From positions 1-24,304 of the forward strand of contig JBIKZM010000001.1 in the NCBI GenBank assembly GCA_044354735.1: a stretch of 24,304 nt of DNA, written 5' to 3'. Each line of letters starts with the position of its first letter. Position 1 is the first letter of the stretch. This stretch comes from Crocinitomicaceae bacterium (GTDB lineage: Bacteria; Bacteroidota; Bacteroidia; Flavobacteriales_D; Crocinitomicaceae). Shown piece by piece: positions 1 to 7,894 of the stretch. Below the pieces are notes generated by a model. That model did no database searches and was not told where the DNA came from. It worked only from the letters and a program-made list of their open reading frames with translations. A program made the position numbers and the translations under genes.

Positions 1-129
1 CTGATTTTAGCCGCCGTGATTACCCCACCGGACGTCATCTCTCAGGTCATTGTCACCATTCCTATTTACCTGCTTTTTGAGGTAAGTATATTAGTCGCCA
101 AACGGGTCGTGAAGCAAGAAAAAAACTAA
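1..129 (+). CDS. tatC: Twin-arginine translocase subunit TatC, 3' end only (5' part outside the window)
   Basis: Frame 1 reads LILAAVITPPDVISQVIVTIPIYLLFEVSILVAKRVVKQEKN* (TAA 127-129). AAVITPPD..SQ...IP...L.E is the conserved TatC C-terminal motif. The stop overlaps the next ATG (TAATG). Confidence 0.92.
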   Translation: MILAAVITPPDVISQVIVTIPIYLLFEVSILVAKRVVKQEKN

Positions 130-2579
130 TGCGCTTACTTAGTTTCTTATTGTTCAATATTTGCATTTTGGCACTATGGGGCCAGCAAACTGTTGTCACG
201 GGAAGGGTTACCGACAAAAAAGGAGAGCCCATCAGCTATGTCCAAATTCAATTTTTAGACAGCAAAATCGGAACGAAATCCGATACCTTAGGCAACTTCT
301 ACCTCAGTACCTACTACCCAACAGATACCCTTGTTTTTCGGCTCATGGGTTATCAAACAGAACGCATTAAAATCAAAAAAGACCAAACGCAAGAGCTGGT
401 TGTGAAACTTTCTACACAAGATAAGGAAGTGGCAGAAGTTGTTTTAATAGCCCCGACAGAAACACGTGGCGCACAACTCCACAGGCGTATCATCACGTAC
501 AAGGACATCAACAACAAAGAGAAACTCGCCGCCTACCAATACCATCTCTACAACAAAATTCAACTCGATGCCAACAACCTAGACTCTGGCCTCATTAACA
601 ACCCGCTTGTCGATAGACTTGCTGTCGTCAAAAGTTATCTCCAAACAGACTCCGCCGATAAATCATTGCTGCCAGTGGTATTATCTGAGAGTGTTTCAGA
701 CTATTTCTATCGCAAAGATCCGAAGCTTAAAAAAGAGGTTGTGGAAGCGACACGCATTACCGGCGTGGATAACATGCAAATGACGCAGTTTCTCGGCGAC
801 ATGTACCTAGAGCTCAATATATATGACAATATCTACGATCTATTCAACAAATCGTTCATTAGCCCGCTGGCTCCGTATGCCCGCACTTATTATCAATTTT
901 ACCTTGACGATTCTACTTTTATTGGCGCCGATTGGTGCTACAAACTGCGCTTTGTGCCCAAACGCAGTGGCGACTTGGTCTTTGAAGGGCATATGTGGAT
1001 CCATGACACCACCTATGCAGTCAAAAAGTTTCAAGCGCATATTGCACCTGGTGCCAACCTCAACTACATTCAGGAATTCTATATCGAACAAGCATTTGAG
1101 CAAGTTCAAAAAGAAGTTTGGATGCTCACCAGCGAAAAAATGGTGCTCTCCTTCAAAATAACCGAAAAATCAAAATTTCTGGGCCTCATCGGACGCAAAT
1201 ATAGCCAACGGAGTCAGTACCTCATCAATAATGCCCAGCCAGAAGAATTTTATCGGTCTAGCAATACTGTTGCTGTCCTGAGCAACGCCAAAGCGCGCAG
1301 CGCTGCCGAATGGGAGCAGCTTAGACCCGTTTCTTTGAGTGATAAGGAAGAACACATTGAGCAAATGGTAGACTCTCTAGAGGCGCAGCCCTTTTACCAA
1401 ACCATGCGCAAACTTACCTACTTTGCAACCACCGGATACTGGCCTGTGCAAAAAATTGAAATTGGTTCTGCGGCCTCCTTGATGAGTGTCAATCCGGTAG
1501 AAAACTTTCGAGTGGCTTTAGCGCTGCGCACATCTAATGATTTCTCTAAACGCTTTGAAATTGGCGGACGCCTGGCCTATGGTTTTGGAGATCAGCGCTT
1601 CAAGTATAACATTCGACTGCGTTACAACATCACACCTCAAAAACGCGGCATGCTCAATGCCTATTACAACTACGACATCGAGCAAATTGGGCAGTCGCCC
1701 ACCGCAGCTTCTATGGGTACCTCGTTTGCAACTTTTTTAAGTACGGCGCCGTTTGACAAACTTACATTTGTGCAAAAAGCAGGGCTTAGCCTAGAAAAAG
1801 ACATCCGTAAAGACCTCATCTTGTTTGGCGCACTCGAATGGAAAAACTACACACCACTTGGCTTGGCTACCTACCAACAATGGAATGGAATAGACAGCAT
1901 CAATATCAGTCAAATTACAGCAACAGAGTTCACCACGCGCATCCGCTGGACCAAAGATGAAGAATTCCTGTCAGGATCTTTTGACCGCACCGCTTTGCGC
2001 TCCCCCTACCCGATTTTATCTTTTCAAGGAATTTTTGGGTTCAAAGGTGTATTGGGCAGTGACTACAACTACCAAAAATTAGAATTCCAATACGAGCACA
2101 ATACTCAGCTTGGTGTCCTCGGACGAATGCGCTATGGTTTTACGCTAGGATACATCAATGGCCTTGCCGCGTATCCACTACTCAAAGTGCATGAAGGCAA
2201 TCAATCATTGTGGTTGCTCACGAGCACGGCCAACATGGTTAATTTCCTAGAGTTTATCAGTGACCGCTATGTGATTGGTTTTGCAGAAAACCGTTGGGAA
2301 GGCTTGTTTTTTGACCGCATTCCACTCATCAAGGCCAGTAAAATTAGACTCATTACCACGGAGCGCATTATGCTCGGAAGCTTATCTGCTCAGCAAAATC
2401 AAGCGCTGCTGATTCCATCTTTCGTGAGGCCATTTAACGGAATTCCTTATGTAGAAATTGGCGTTGGGATTGAAAACATCCTCAAAGTGATCCGCATAGA
2501 TTTCATTTACCGCGCTACACATCAAATACCGGGCACGAGTCCGTTTGGCATCAAAGCCCGCTACTCCCTAAATTTTTAG
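129..2579 (+). CDS. DUF5686 family protein with N-terminal carboxypeptidase-regulatory-like domain; predicted outer-membrane protein
   Basis: 816 aa ORF. Sec signal (MRLLSFLLFNICILALWGQ), CarboxypepD_reg-like segment (VTGRVTDKKGEPISYVQI...GTKSDTLGNFYL...FRLMGY), DUF5686-type motifs (LSESVS, FISPLA, FEGHMWI), amphipathic beta-strands at the C-terminus ending in Phe (YSLNF). Confidence 0.8.
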   Translation: MRLLSFLLFNICILALWGQQTVVTGRVTDKKGEPISYVQIQFLDSKIGTKSDTLGNFYLSTYYPTDTLVFRLMGYQTERIKIKKDQTQELVVKLSTQDKEVAEVVLIAPTETRGAQLHRRIITYKDINNKEKLAAYQYHLYNKIQLDANNLDSGLINNPLVDRLAVVKSYLQTDSADKSLLPVVLSESVSDYFYRKDPKLKKEVVEATRITGVDNMQMTQFLGDMYLELNIYDNIYDLFNKSFISPLAPYARTYYQFYLDDSTFIGADWCYKLRFVPKRSGDLVFEGHMWIHDTTYAVKKFQAHIAPGANLNYIQEFYIEQAFEQVQKEVWMLTSEKMVLSFKITEKSKFLGLIGRKYSQRSQYLINNAQPEEFYRSSNTVAVLSNAKARSAAEWEQLRPVSLSDKEEHIEQMVDSLEAQPFYQTMRKLTYFATTGYWPVQKIEIGSAASLMSVNPVENFRVALALRTSNDFSKRFEIGGRLAYGFGDQRFKYNIRLRYNITPQKRGMLNAYYNYDIEQIGQSPTAASMGTSFATFLSTAPFDKLTFVQKAGLSLEKDIRKDLILFGALEWKNYTPLGLATYQQWNGIDSINISQITATEFTTRIRWTKDEEFLSGSFDRTALRSPYPILSFQGIFGFKGVLGSDYNYQKLEFQYEHNTQLGVLGRMRYGFTLGYINGLAAYPLLKVHEGNQSLWLLTSTANMVNFLEFISDRYVIGFAENRWEGLFFDRIPLIKASKIRLITTERIMLGSLSAQQNQALLIPSFVRPFNGIPYVEIGVGIENILKVIRIDFIYRATHQIPGTSPFGIKARYSLNF

Positions 2580-2591
2580 TAAATTCGATTC

Positions 2592-3323
2592 GTGAAACTT
2601 CGAACGCTTGATATCTGTAAAGCTTACCGTGGTCGTGCGGTGGTCAACGGCGTGAGCGTTGAGGTCAATCAAGGCGAAATTGTAGGCCTACTCGGGCCAA
2701 ACGGCGCGGGCAAAACCACCTCCTTCTACATGATGGTAGGCTTGGTGAAGCCCGATTCCGGAAAAGTATTTCTCGACGATACAGAAATTACCAAATTACC
2801 CATGTACAAGCGCGCGCAATTGGGTCTCGGGTATTTACCACAAGAAATTTCGGTATTTCGCAAACTCAGTGTAGAAGACAACATCATGGCCATCCTAGAA
2901 ATGGGGCCACTCAATAAAGCCGATCGCGAAGCAAAGCTCGAACGCCTCCTCTCTGAATTCAGCCTCACTCATGTGCGCAAAAACCTCGGAGACCGACTTT
3001 CTGGTGGTGAAAAAAGACGCACCGAAATTGCGCGTGCACTCGCTACTGACCCTAAATTTATTTTGCTGGACGAGCCCTTTGCTGGTGTTGACCCTATTGC
3101 CGTAGAGGATATACAAGCTATTGTTTCAGAGCTTAAAAAACGCAATATCGGGATCTTGATCACGGACCACAACGTACAAGAGACCCTCTCCATTACCGAC
3201 CGCGCCTACCTATTGTTTGAAGGGGAAATCTTAAAGTCTGGTAGCGCCGAAGAATTGGCAGCGGACGAACAAGTCAGAAAAGTTTACTTAGGGCAAAACT
3301 TTGTCTTGAGACGTTCAGAGTAG
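2592..3323 (+). CDS. lptB: LPS export ABC transporter ATP-binding protein LptB
   Basis: 243 aa, GTG start. Walker [17 protein letters not shown], signature [15 protein letters not shown], Walker [25 protein letters not shown] and C-terminal VRKVYLG are all typical of LptB. Confidence 0.95.
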   Translation: MKLRTLDICKAYRGRAVVNGVSVEVNQGEIVGLLGPNGAGKTTSFYMMVGLVKPDSGKVFLDDTEITKLPMYKRAQLGLGYLPQEISVFRKLSVEDNIMAILEMGPLNKADREAKLERLLSEFSLTHVRKNLGDRLSGGEKRRTEIARALATDPKFILLDEPFAGVDPIAVEDIQAIVSELKKRNIGILITDHNVQETLSITDRAYLLFEGEILKSGSAEELAADEQVRKVYLGQNFVLRRSE

Positions 3324-3325
3324 CC

Positions 3326-5992
3326 TTAGCGCAACAATTGCACCACTCCCTCGTGCTGTCTGCGGATATACGGCTCATGACACGGCCTAAATTTCAAAAC
3401 ATAATTATACATACCCTCCTGACACGGCAGGCCTTTATAGGTGCCGTCCCAACCTTCTTCAGCATTCTGAGTCAGAAAAACACGCTCGCCCCAACGGTTG
3501 AAAATCTCTAAAGACCAATCCGAAACTCCGAAGTCTGTCACAACCTTAAAGATGTCATTGCGGCCGTTTGCGTCCGGAATAAAGGTATTGGGTGCATAAA
3601 TACTAAATGGTTCCACTTCAATACGCGCAACGGCGGTGTCGGTACACCCAAAATTATTGGCCACAACCTGCATTGGGTAGTCTGTGCCTCCCGATTGATA
3701 CGCGTGGACAAAATTAGGCGTGGTGTACTGCACGCCACGGTCCTCGACAAAATATTGGTAAGTGGTTGCATCTACAGACAGATCTGTAAACACCGCTTCA
3801 TTCTCACAAACATCTACGCGGTCTGGGCTAATGGTGAAGCCTGCTTGCGGCGAAGGGTGCACCGTTACGAGGTCTTGCTGTGCCATAAATAAGGTATCTA
3901 GACAGCCGAATTGCTCAATGAGTGTAAGCGTAACGGTATAATTTCCAGGTTGGCTGTAGGTGTGCAGTACGTTGGTGCCTTGCACTTGTGTGCCATCGCC
4001 TAGGTCCCATAAATAAGTGGTAGGCACGTCACTCTGACTGAGGTTTATGAATTGTGCTTGAGAGGGCGCACATTGCAAGGCATTCAAAAACATAAAATTG
4101 ATGCTCGGATGTCCAAATACCCGAACGAGTGCAACAGCGGTATCGGCGCACAGCGCATTTTGACCCATCAATAAGACTTGTTGATTTCCGCTTTGATCAA
4201 ATAAAACTGAATTGCCCGTCAGCTGAGTGCTCGTTGCAGGCGTTGCATTAGGGCCAAAGTCCCAGAGATAGGTGGTGCCCGCTGGGCCACTTACTTGTGC
4301 GTCGAAGGCAAATAAATTGTCAATGCAAAGTGAATCAGAGTGTGTCAAGTTCAAGACAATTGGTTGCTCAATGGTTACATTTACAGTTGTGGTGTCCAAG
4401 CAACTTGGAGATGACCCAGCGATGAGTGTCACGGGATATACGCCAGGGCCAGGAAAGGTGGTGGTGGGCAGCATTTGGGTACTGACCTGCCCGTTGCCAA
4501 AATCCCAATTGTATGACATGGCATTTTGTGAGCTGTTGCCAAATGAAATGGTGTAACCCAAACATTCTACTTGAGGCGGCACTACTATAGCGGCAGTTGC
4601 CTCTCCAAAAATAAAAATAGAATCCAAAAAGCTTTGCTGGCAATAAGTTGTGGTGGCTTCTAGCAGCACAGGATGAAACCCAGGTGAGGAAAACACGACG
4701 TCAGGGACAAGAGTGCCGTTTACTTGTGCTACCGATGCACTTGGAGGGAAAGTCCAGGAGAGAGTTGCTGAAGGATCCGAAACTTGTGCTAGAAAATCAT
4801 GAGAGTTGCCCGATAAGCACAAGGAATCTTGGGTTTGCCATTCGAGGTCGAGGGCTTCATTGACAATGATTTCAATGTAGGCGGTATCGGTACAGTTTTG
4901 ACCTGGATTGACAATCAGTTGGGCGGTGTAGGTACCCGAACTCGGATAAGTATAGGTGGGCTCAAATAAGGAGCTTACATCTGCGTTAGTGCCCGCCACA
5001 CCAAAATTCCAGCTATAATTAGTGCCACCATAAGACATATTGTCAAACTGCACGGTTAAGCCATCGCAGTAGCCACTAAAGTTGGGCAATTGTGCTTGGG
5101 TTGGTAAAATAGCAGCCAATTGGATATTGCAATCAAATACACGGAACAAGAAGTCACGTATGGTTTCGCCAATAAGTTGACCATTGCGGAATTCTTGCAC
5201 CCGCACACCAACAACAAACAAACCAATCAGGTTTGGACTCACTGTTAAAAGCCCCGTACTCGGATGAATGATTGTAGATGAGCCAGGGCCAAGAGGCACA
5301 GCAGCATTAAAGTTTGACTGCCAAGTAACCGGGAAATAAGGTGGTGGTGGCATCTGTAGTGGCTGCGGATTGCCTGAGTTCGCGCCTGCATTGGGCGTCA
5401 CCAAGGAATAAACGAGCTGATCGCCGTCGGGGTCAGTGGCCAAGTGGTCGAAAAGAAGTTGATCGTTATTGCAGAGTAAAACAGGTGGGTAATTCGTGAA
5501 GCGAGGGCTACTGTTGATACTTGCACCGGTATTTGAGCCCGGAACTTGCGCAACAAGGGTCAGGCCGGTGTCATCGGGGAATTGCAAATTGGTGATATTT
5601 GGCCCTCTACAGCAGCGCTGATAAGACACGGTATAGCCGCCGGGGATGGGCGGAAGGGTCAAGACTACTTGATAAATAGCGCGCTCTACACAAATACCTG
5701 TAGGCTGCGTAGCGCAGGGATTATTGAAGTTGATGGGCAACACGACCGAGCCCGGAAAAGGCACCTGAACAGTTTGGTAATGGATATTGCCTTGCGTAAA
5801 AATAGAAAGGTACAGTGGGTTATCGTATTGAGCGCCGGTAGATGCACAATCGCGATAAAGTGTGATAAAAAAACGGTATTGATTGCCCCCAAGGTAATTG
5901 TAGTAAATATCGCCGCCGATAATATGCGAAGCCACAGACCACCCCGAGAGGAGCAGCGAAAAACTTAAGAAGAGTGTTTTTAACTTGTGCAC
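3326..5992 (-). CDS. PKD-repeat surface protein with T9SS type-B (gliding motility-associated, CHU_C-like) C-terminal domain
   Basis: ORF 3326..6007. GTG at 5992 is preferred because the TTG at 6007 lies inside the predicted -7 promoter box. Signal peptide, SHIIGGDIYY N-domain, six PKD-like repeats (WNFG, WDFG, WDLGDG), and C-terminus IYAPNTFIPDANGRNDIF...IFNRWGE...WDGTYKG...GVVQLLR. Confidence 0.85.
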   Translation of the reverse strand: MHKLKTLFLSFSLLLSGWSVASHIIGGDIYYNYLGGNQYRFFITLYRDCASTGAQYDNPLYLSIFTQGNIHYQTVQVPFPGSVVLPINFNNPCATQPTGICVERAIYQVVLTLPPIPGGYTVSYQRCCRGPNITNLQFPDDTGLTLVAQVPGSNTGASINSSPRFTNYPPVLLCNNDQLLFDHLATDPDGDQLVYSLVTPNAGANSGNPQPLQMPPPPYFPVTWQSNFNAAVPLGPGSSTIIHPSTGLLTVSPNLIGLFVVGVRVQEFRNGQLIGETIRDFLFRVFDCNIQLAAILPTQAQLPNFSGYCDGLTVQFDNMSYGGTNYSWNFGVAGTNADVSSLFEPTYTYPSSGTYTAQLIVNPGQNCTDTAYIEIIVNEALDLEWQTQDSLCLSGNSHDFLAQVSDPSATLSWTFPPSASVAQVNGTLVPDVVFSSPGFHPVLLEATTTYCQQSFLDSIFIFGEATAAIVVPPQVECLGYTISFGNSSQNAMSYNWDFGNGQVSTQMLPTTTFPGPGVYPVTLIAGSSPSCLDTTTVNVTIEQPIVLNLTHSDSLCIDNLFAFDAQVSGPAGTTYLWDFGPNATPATSTQLTGNSVLFDQSGNQQVLLMGQNALCADTAVALVRVFGHPSINFMFLNALQCAPSQAQFINLSQSDVPTTYLWDLGDGTQVQGTNVLHTYSQPGNYTVTLTLIEQFGCLDTLFMAQQDLVTVHPSPQAGFTISPDRVDVCENEAVFTDLSVDATTYQYFVEDRGVQYTTPNFVHAYQSGGTDYPMQVVANNFGCTDTAVARIEVEPFSIYAPNTFIPDANGRNDIFKVVTDFGVSDWSLEIFNRWGERVFLTQNAEEGWDGTYKGLPCQEGMYNYVLKFRPCHEPYIRRQHEGVVQLLR

Positions 5993-6004
5993 AGTGTTAC
6001 AACG

Positions 6005-6036
6005 CAAAATTAAGGCTTTGGTTGTTCGTGTACAAA
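6005..6036 (-). promoter_or_regulatory. Bacteroidota primary-sigma promoter for the PKD/T9SS gene
   Basis: Minus strand TTTG (6036-6033), 20-nt spacer, TAATTTTG (6012-6005); matches the TTTG-N19/21-TAnnTTTG consensus. Confidence 0.7.
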
Positions 6037-6047
6037 CTGTAAATTTG
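6017..6047 (+). promoter_or_regulatory. Bacteroidota primary-sigma promoter for lpdA
   Basis: TTTG (6017-6020), 19-nt spacer, TAAATTTG (6040-6047): a perfect consensus, ending 16 nt before the lpdA ATG. Confidence 0.8.
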
Positions 6048-6063
6048 TAAAAAAATTAGACGG

Positions 6064-7461
6064 ATGGAAACTTTTGATGTGGTAGTAATTGGTTCAGGTC
6101 CCGGCGGATACGTATCTGCTTTGCGTTGTGCACAACTTGGCATGAAAACAGCTTTGATAGAAAAATACAGCACTTTGGGCGGAACTTGCCTCAATGTAGG
6201 TTGTATTCCCTCCAAAGCCCTACTCGATTCTTCCGAACATTTTTACAATGCACAACACAATTTTTCGGCACACGGCATTGAAGTAACAGGTCTTAAAGCC
6301 AACCTAGCTCAAATGATTGCCCGCAAAAATGAAGTTGTTGCTCAAACTTGTGCTGGGGTCAAATACCTCATGGACAAAAATAAAATCACCGTTTATCAAG
6401 GCGTTGGTAGCTTTATAGATGCGCATACAATCGAAGTCAAAGGCGAACAAACGACCCAAATAAGCGGCAAGAACATCATCATTGCCACCGGAAGCAAGCC
6501 CAATTACTTTCCAGGAATGGAACCAGATAAAAAACGCATCATTACTTCAACAGAAGCACTTAAACTCCAAGAAATCCCAAAAAAAATGCTCGTCATTGGA
6601 GGCGGTGTTATTGGCCTTGAATTAGGGTCGGTATATGCCCGCTTGGGTGCTGTGGTAGAAGTGATCGAATTTGCACCGAGTATTTTACCCACCATGGATG
6701 CAGGCATCGGCAAAGAATTCTCAAAAATTCTCAAAAAAGAAGGCTTTAAGTTCCATATGGAGCACAAAGTTATTGGCGTTGTCAACAACGGCAAACAAGT
6801 TGTACTTACTGCTGAAAACAAAAAAGGAGAACAAATTACGCTTGAAGCTGATTATTGTCTAGTAGCCGTAGGTCGCAAAGCTTATACAGAAGGCCTAGGT
6901 TTGGAGAAAGCCGGTATACACGTGAACCAACGCGGTCAGGTAGAAGTCAATGAACACCTACAAACAGCCGTTGGTCATATTTATGCCATTGGCGATGTCG
7001 TTCGCGGCGCTATGCTTGCCCATAAAGCCGAAGAAGAAGGCGTTTTTGTTGCAGAGCAAATTGCTGGGCAAAAACCACATATCAATTACAACCTTATTCC
7101 AGGTGTTGTGTATACTTGGCCAGAGATTGCCGCAGTAGGGCAAACCGAAGAAGAACTCAAAGCTGCCGGACGCGCCTACAAGGCAGGTTCTTTCCCGATC
7201 AAAGCATTGGGCAGAGCACGCGCCAGCATGGACACCAGCGGTTTTGTCAAGATTTTGGCAGACGCTGCTACAGACGAAATTTTAGGGGTACACATGATTG
7301 CTCCTCGCGCTGCCGACCTCATCATGGAAGCAGTTACAGCTATGGAATACCGTGCCTCTGCCGAAGATATTGCACGCATTTGCCACGGGCACCCCACTTA
7401 CTCTGAAGCCATCAAAGAAGCCGCGCTTGCCGCTACCGCAGACCGCGCTTTACATATCTAA
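6064..7461 (+). CDS. lpdA: Dihydrolipoyl dehydrogenase (E3)
   Basis: 465 aa. FAD motif VIGSGPGGY, redox disulfide GGTCLNVGCIPSK, NAD motif VIGGGVIGLE, IYAIGD and catalytic HPTYSEA. Confidence 0.97.
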   Translation: METFDVVVIGSGPGGYVSALRCAQLGMKTALIEKYSTLGGTCLNVGCIPSKALLDSSEHFYNAQHNFSAHGIEVTGLKANLAQMIARKNEVVAQTCAGVKYLMDKNKITVYQGVGSFIDAHTIEVKGEQTTQISGKNIIIATGSKPNYFPGMEPDKKRIITSTEALKLQEIPKKMLVIGGGVIGLELGSVYARLGAVVEVIEFAPSILPTMDAGIGKEFSKILKKEGFKFHMEHKVIGVVNNGKQVVLTAENKKGEQITLEADYCLVAVGRKAYTEGLGLEKAGIHVNQRGQVEVNEHLQTAVGHIYAIGDVVRGAMLAHKAEEEGVFVAEQIAGQKPHINYNLIPGVVYTWPEIAAVGQTEEELKAAGRAYKAGSFPIKALGRARASMDTSGFVKILADAATDEILGVHMIAPRAADLIMEAVTAMEYRASAEDIARICHGHPTYSEAIKEAALAATADRALHI

Positions 7462-7463
7462 TA

Positions 7464-7823
7464 TCAAGGCCTTGGGCTGAACGCATCTTTGATGTGTTCT
7501 AGATCGGTATGGTTGCTGTTGTGCACTATAGACACGACATCAAAACGCACCTCATGCGGCCATTCAATTGATTTGGTATAGTAATTAGCGACTCTAATGA
7601 GCTGCTTTTGCTTGGCCAAATTCACTGCACGCCAAGGTTCGCCTAGCTCGGCACTGTGGCGCGTTTTGACCTCCACCACCACCAACATTTGGCCATCGGC
7701 CATGATCAAATCGATTTCCATCCGGTTGAATTTATAATTGCGGGCGCTGAGGGCATAACCGAGCCCAAGCAAGTGCTGTAAGGCGTAGGCTTCACCCCAC
7801 TTGCCGAGCACATCGTGCTTCAT
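7464..7823 (-). CDS. yraN: YraN family (UPF0102) putative endonuclease
   Basis: From ATG 7823: MKHDVLGKWGE..A...L...GY....RNY....EIDLI......VVVEVKTR...RFDVVSI...HIKDAF. The ORF track extends to 7844. Confidence 0.9.
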   Translation of the reverse strand: MKHDVLGKWGEAYALQHLLGLGYALSARNYKFNRMEIDLIMADGQMLVVVEVKTRHSAELGEPWRAVNLAKQKQLIRVANYYTKSIEWPHEVRFDVVSIVHNSNHTDLEHIKDAFSPRP

Positions 7824-7894
7824 GTCAGAATTTCTTTGTGTCATCGGAACGAAATTAAGCCTAAATTGCCCTTATCTTTACAGTGAAAATACGT

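Noticed and set aside
5546-5968. 140-aa + strand ORF and the other short ORF-track entries (e.g. 823-1161, 7116-7406, 10762-11175, 13743-14162, 19221-19520)
   Set aside because: All lie within or antisense to confidently assigned genes and show no motifs; they are treated as shadow ORFs.
5981-5999. Palindrome TGTGCACA inside an imperfect TAAC...GTTA dyad at the PKD gene start
   Set aside because: 8-bp palindromes are expected about once per 256 nt, and there is no second copy or nearby regulator.
7863-7872. AAATTGCCCT shared with 20791-20800, both in divergent intergenic regions
   Set aside because: One shared 10-mer among ~800 nt of AT-rich intergenic DNA is near chance expectation, and the flanks do not align.
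7850-7880. Variant -7 boxes for yraN (TAATTTCG, minus) and hutI (TATCTTTA)
   Set aside because: Each has a mismatch and no correctly spaced -33 box, so they are too weak to list as features.
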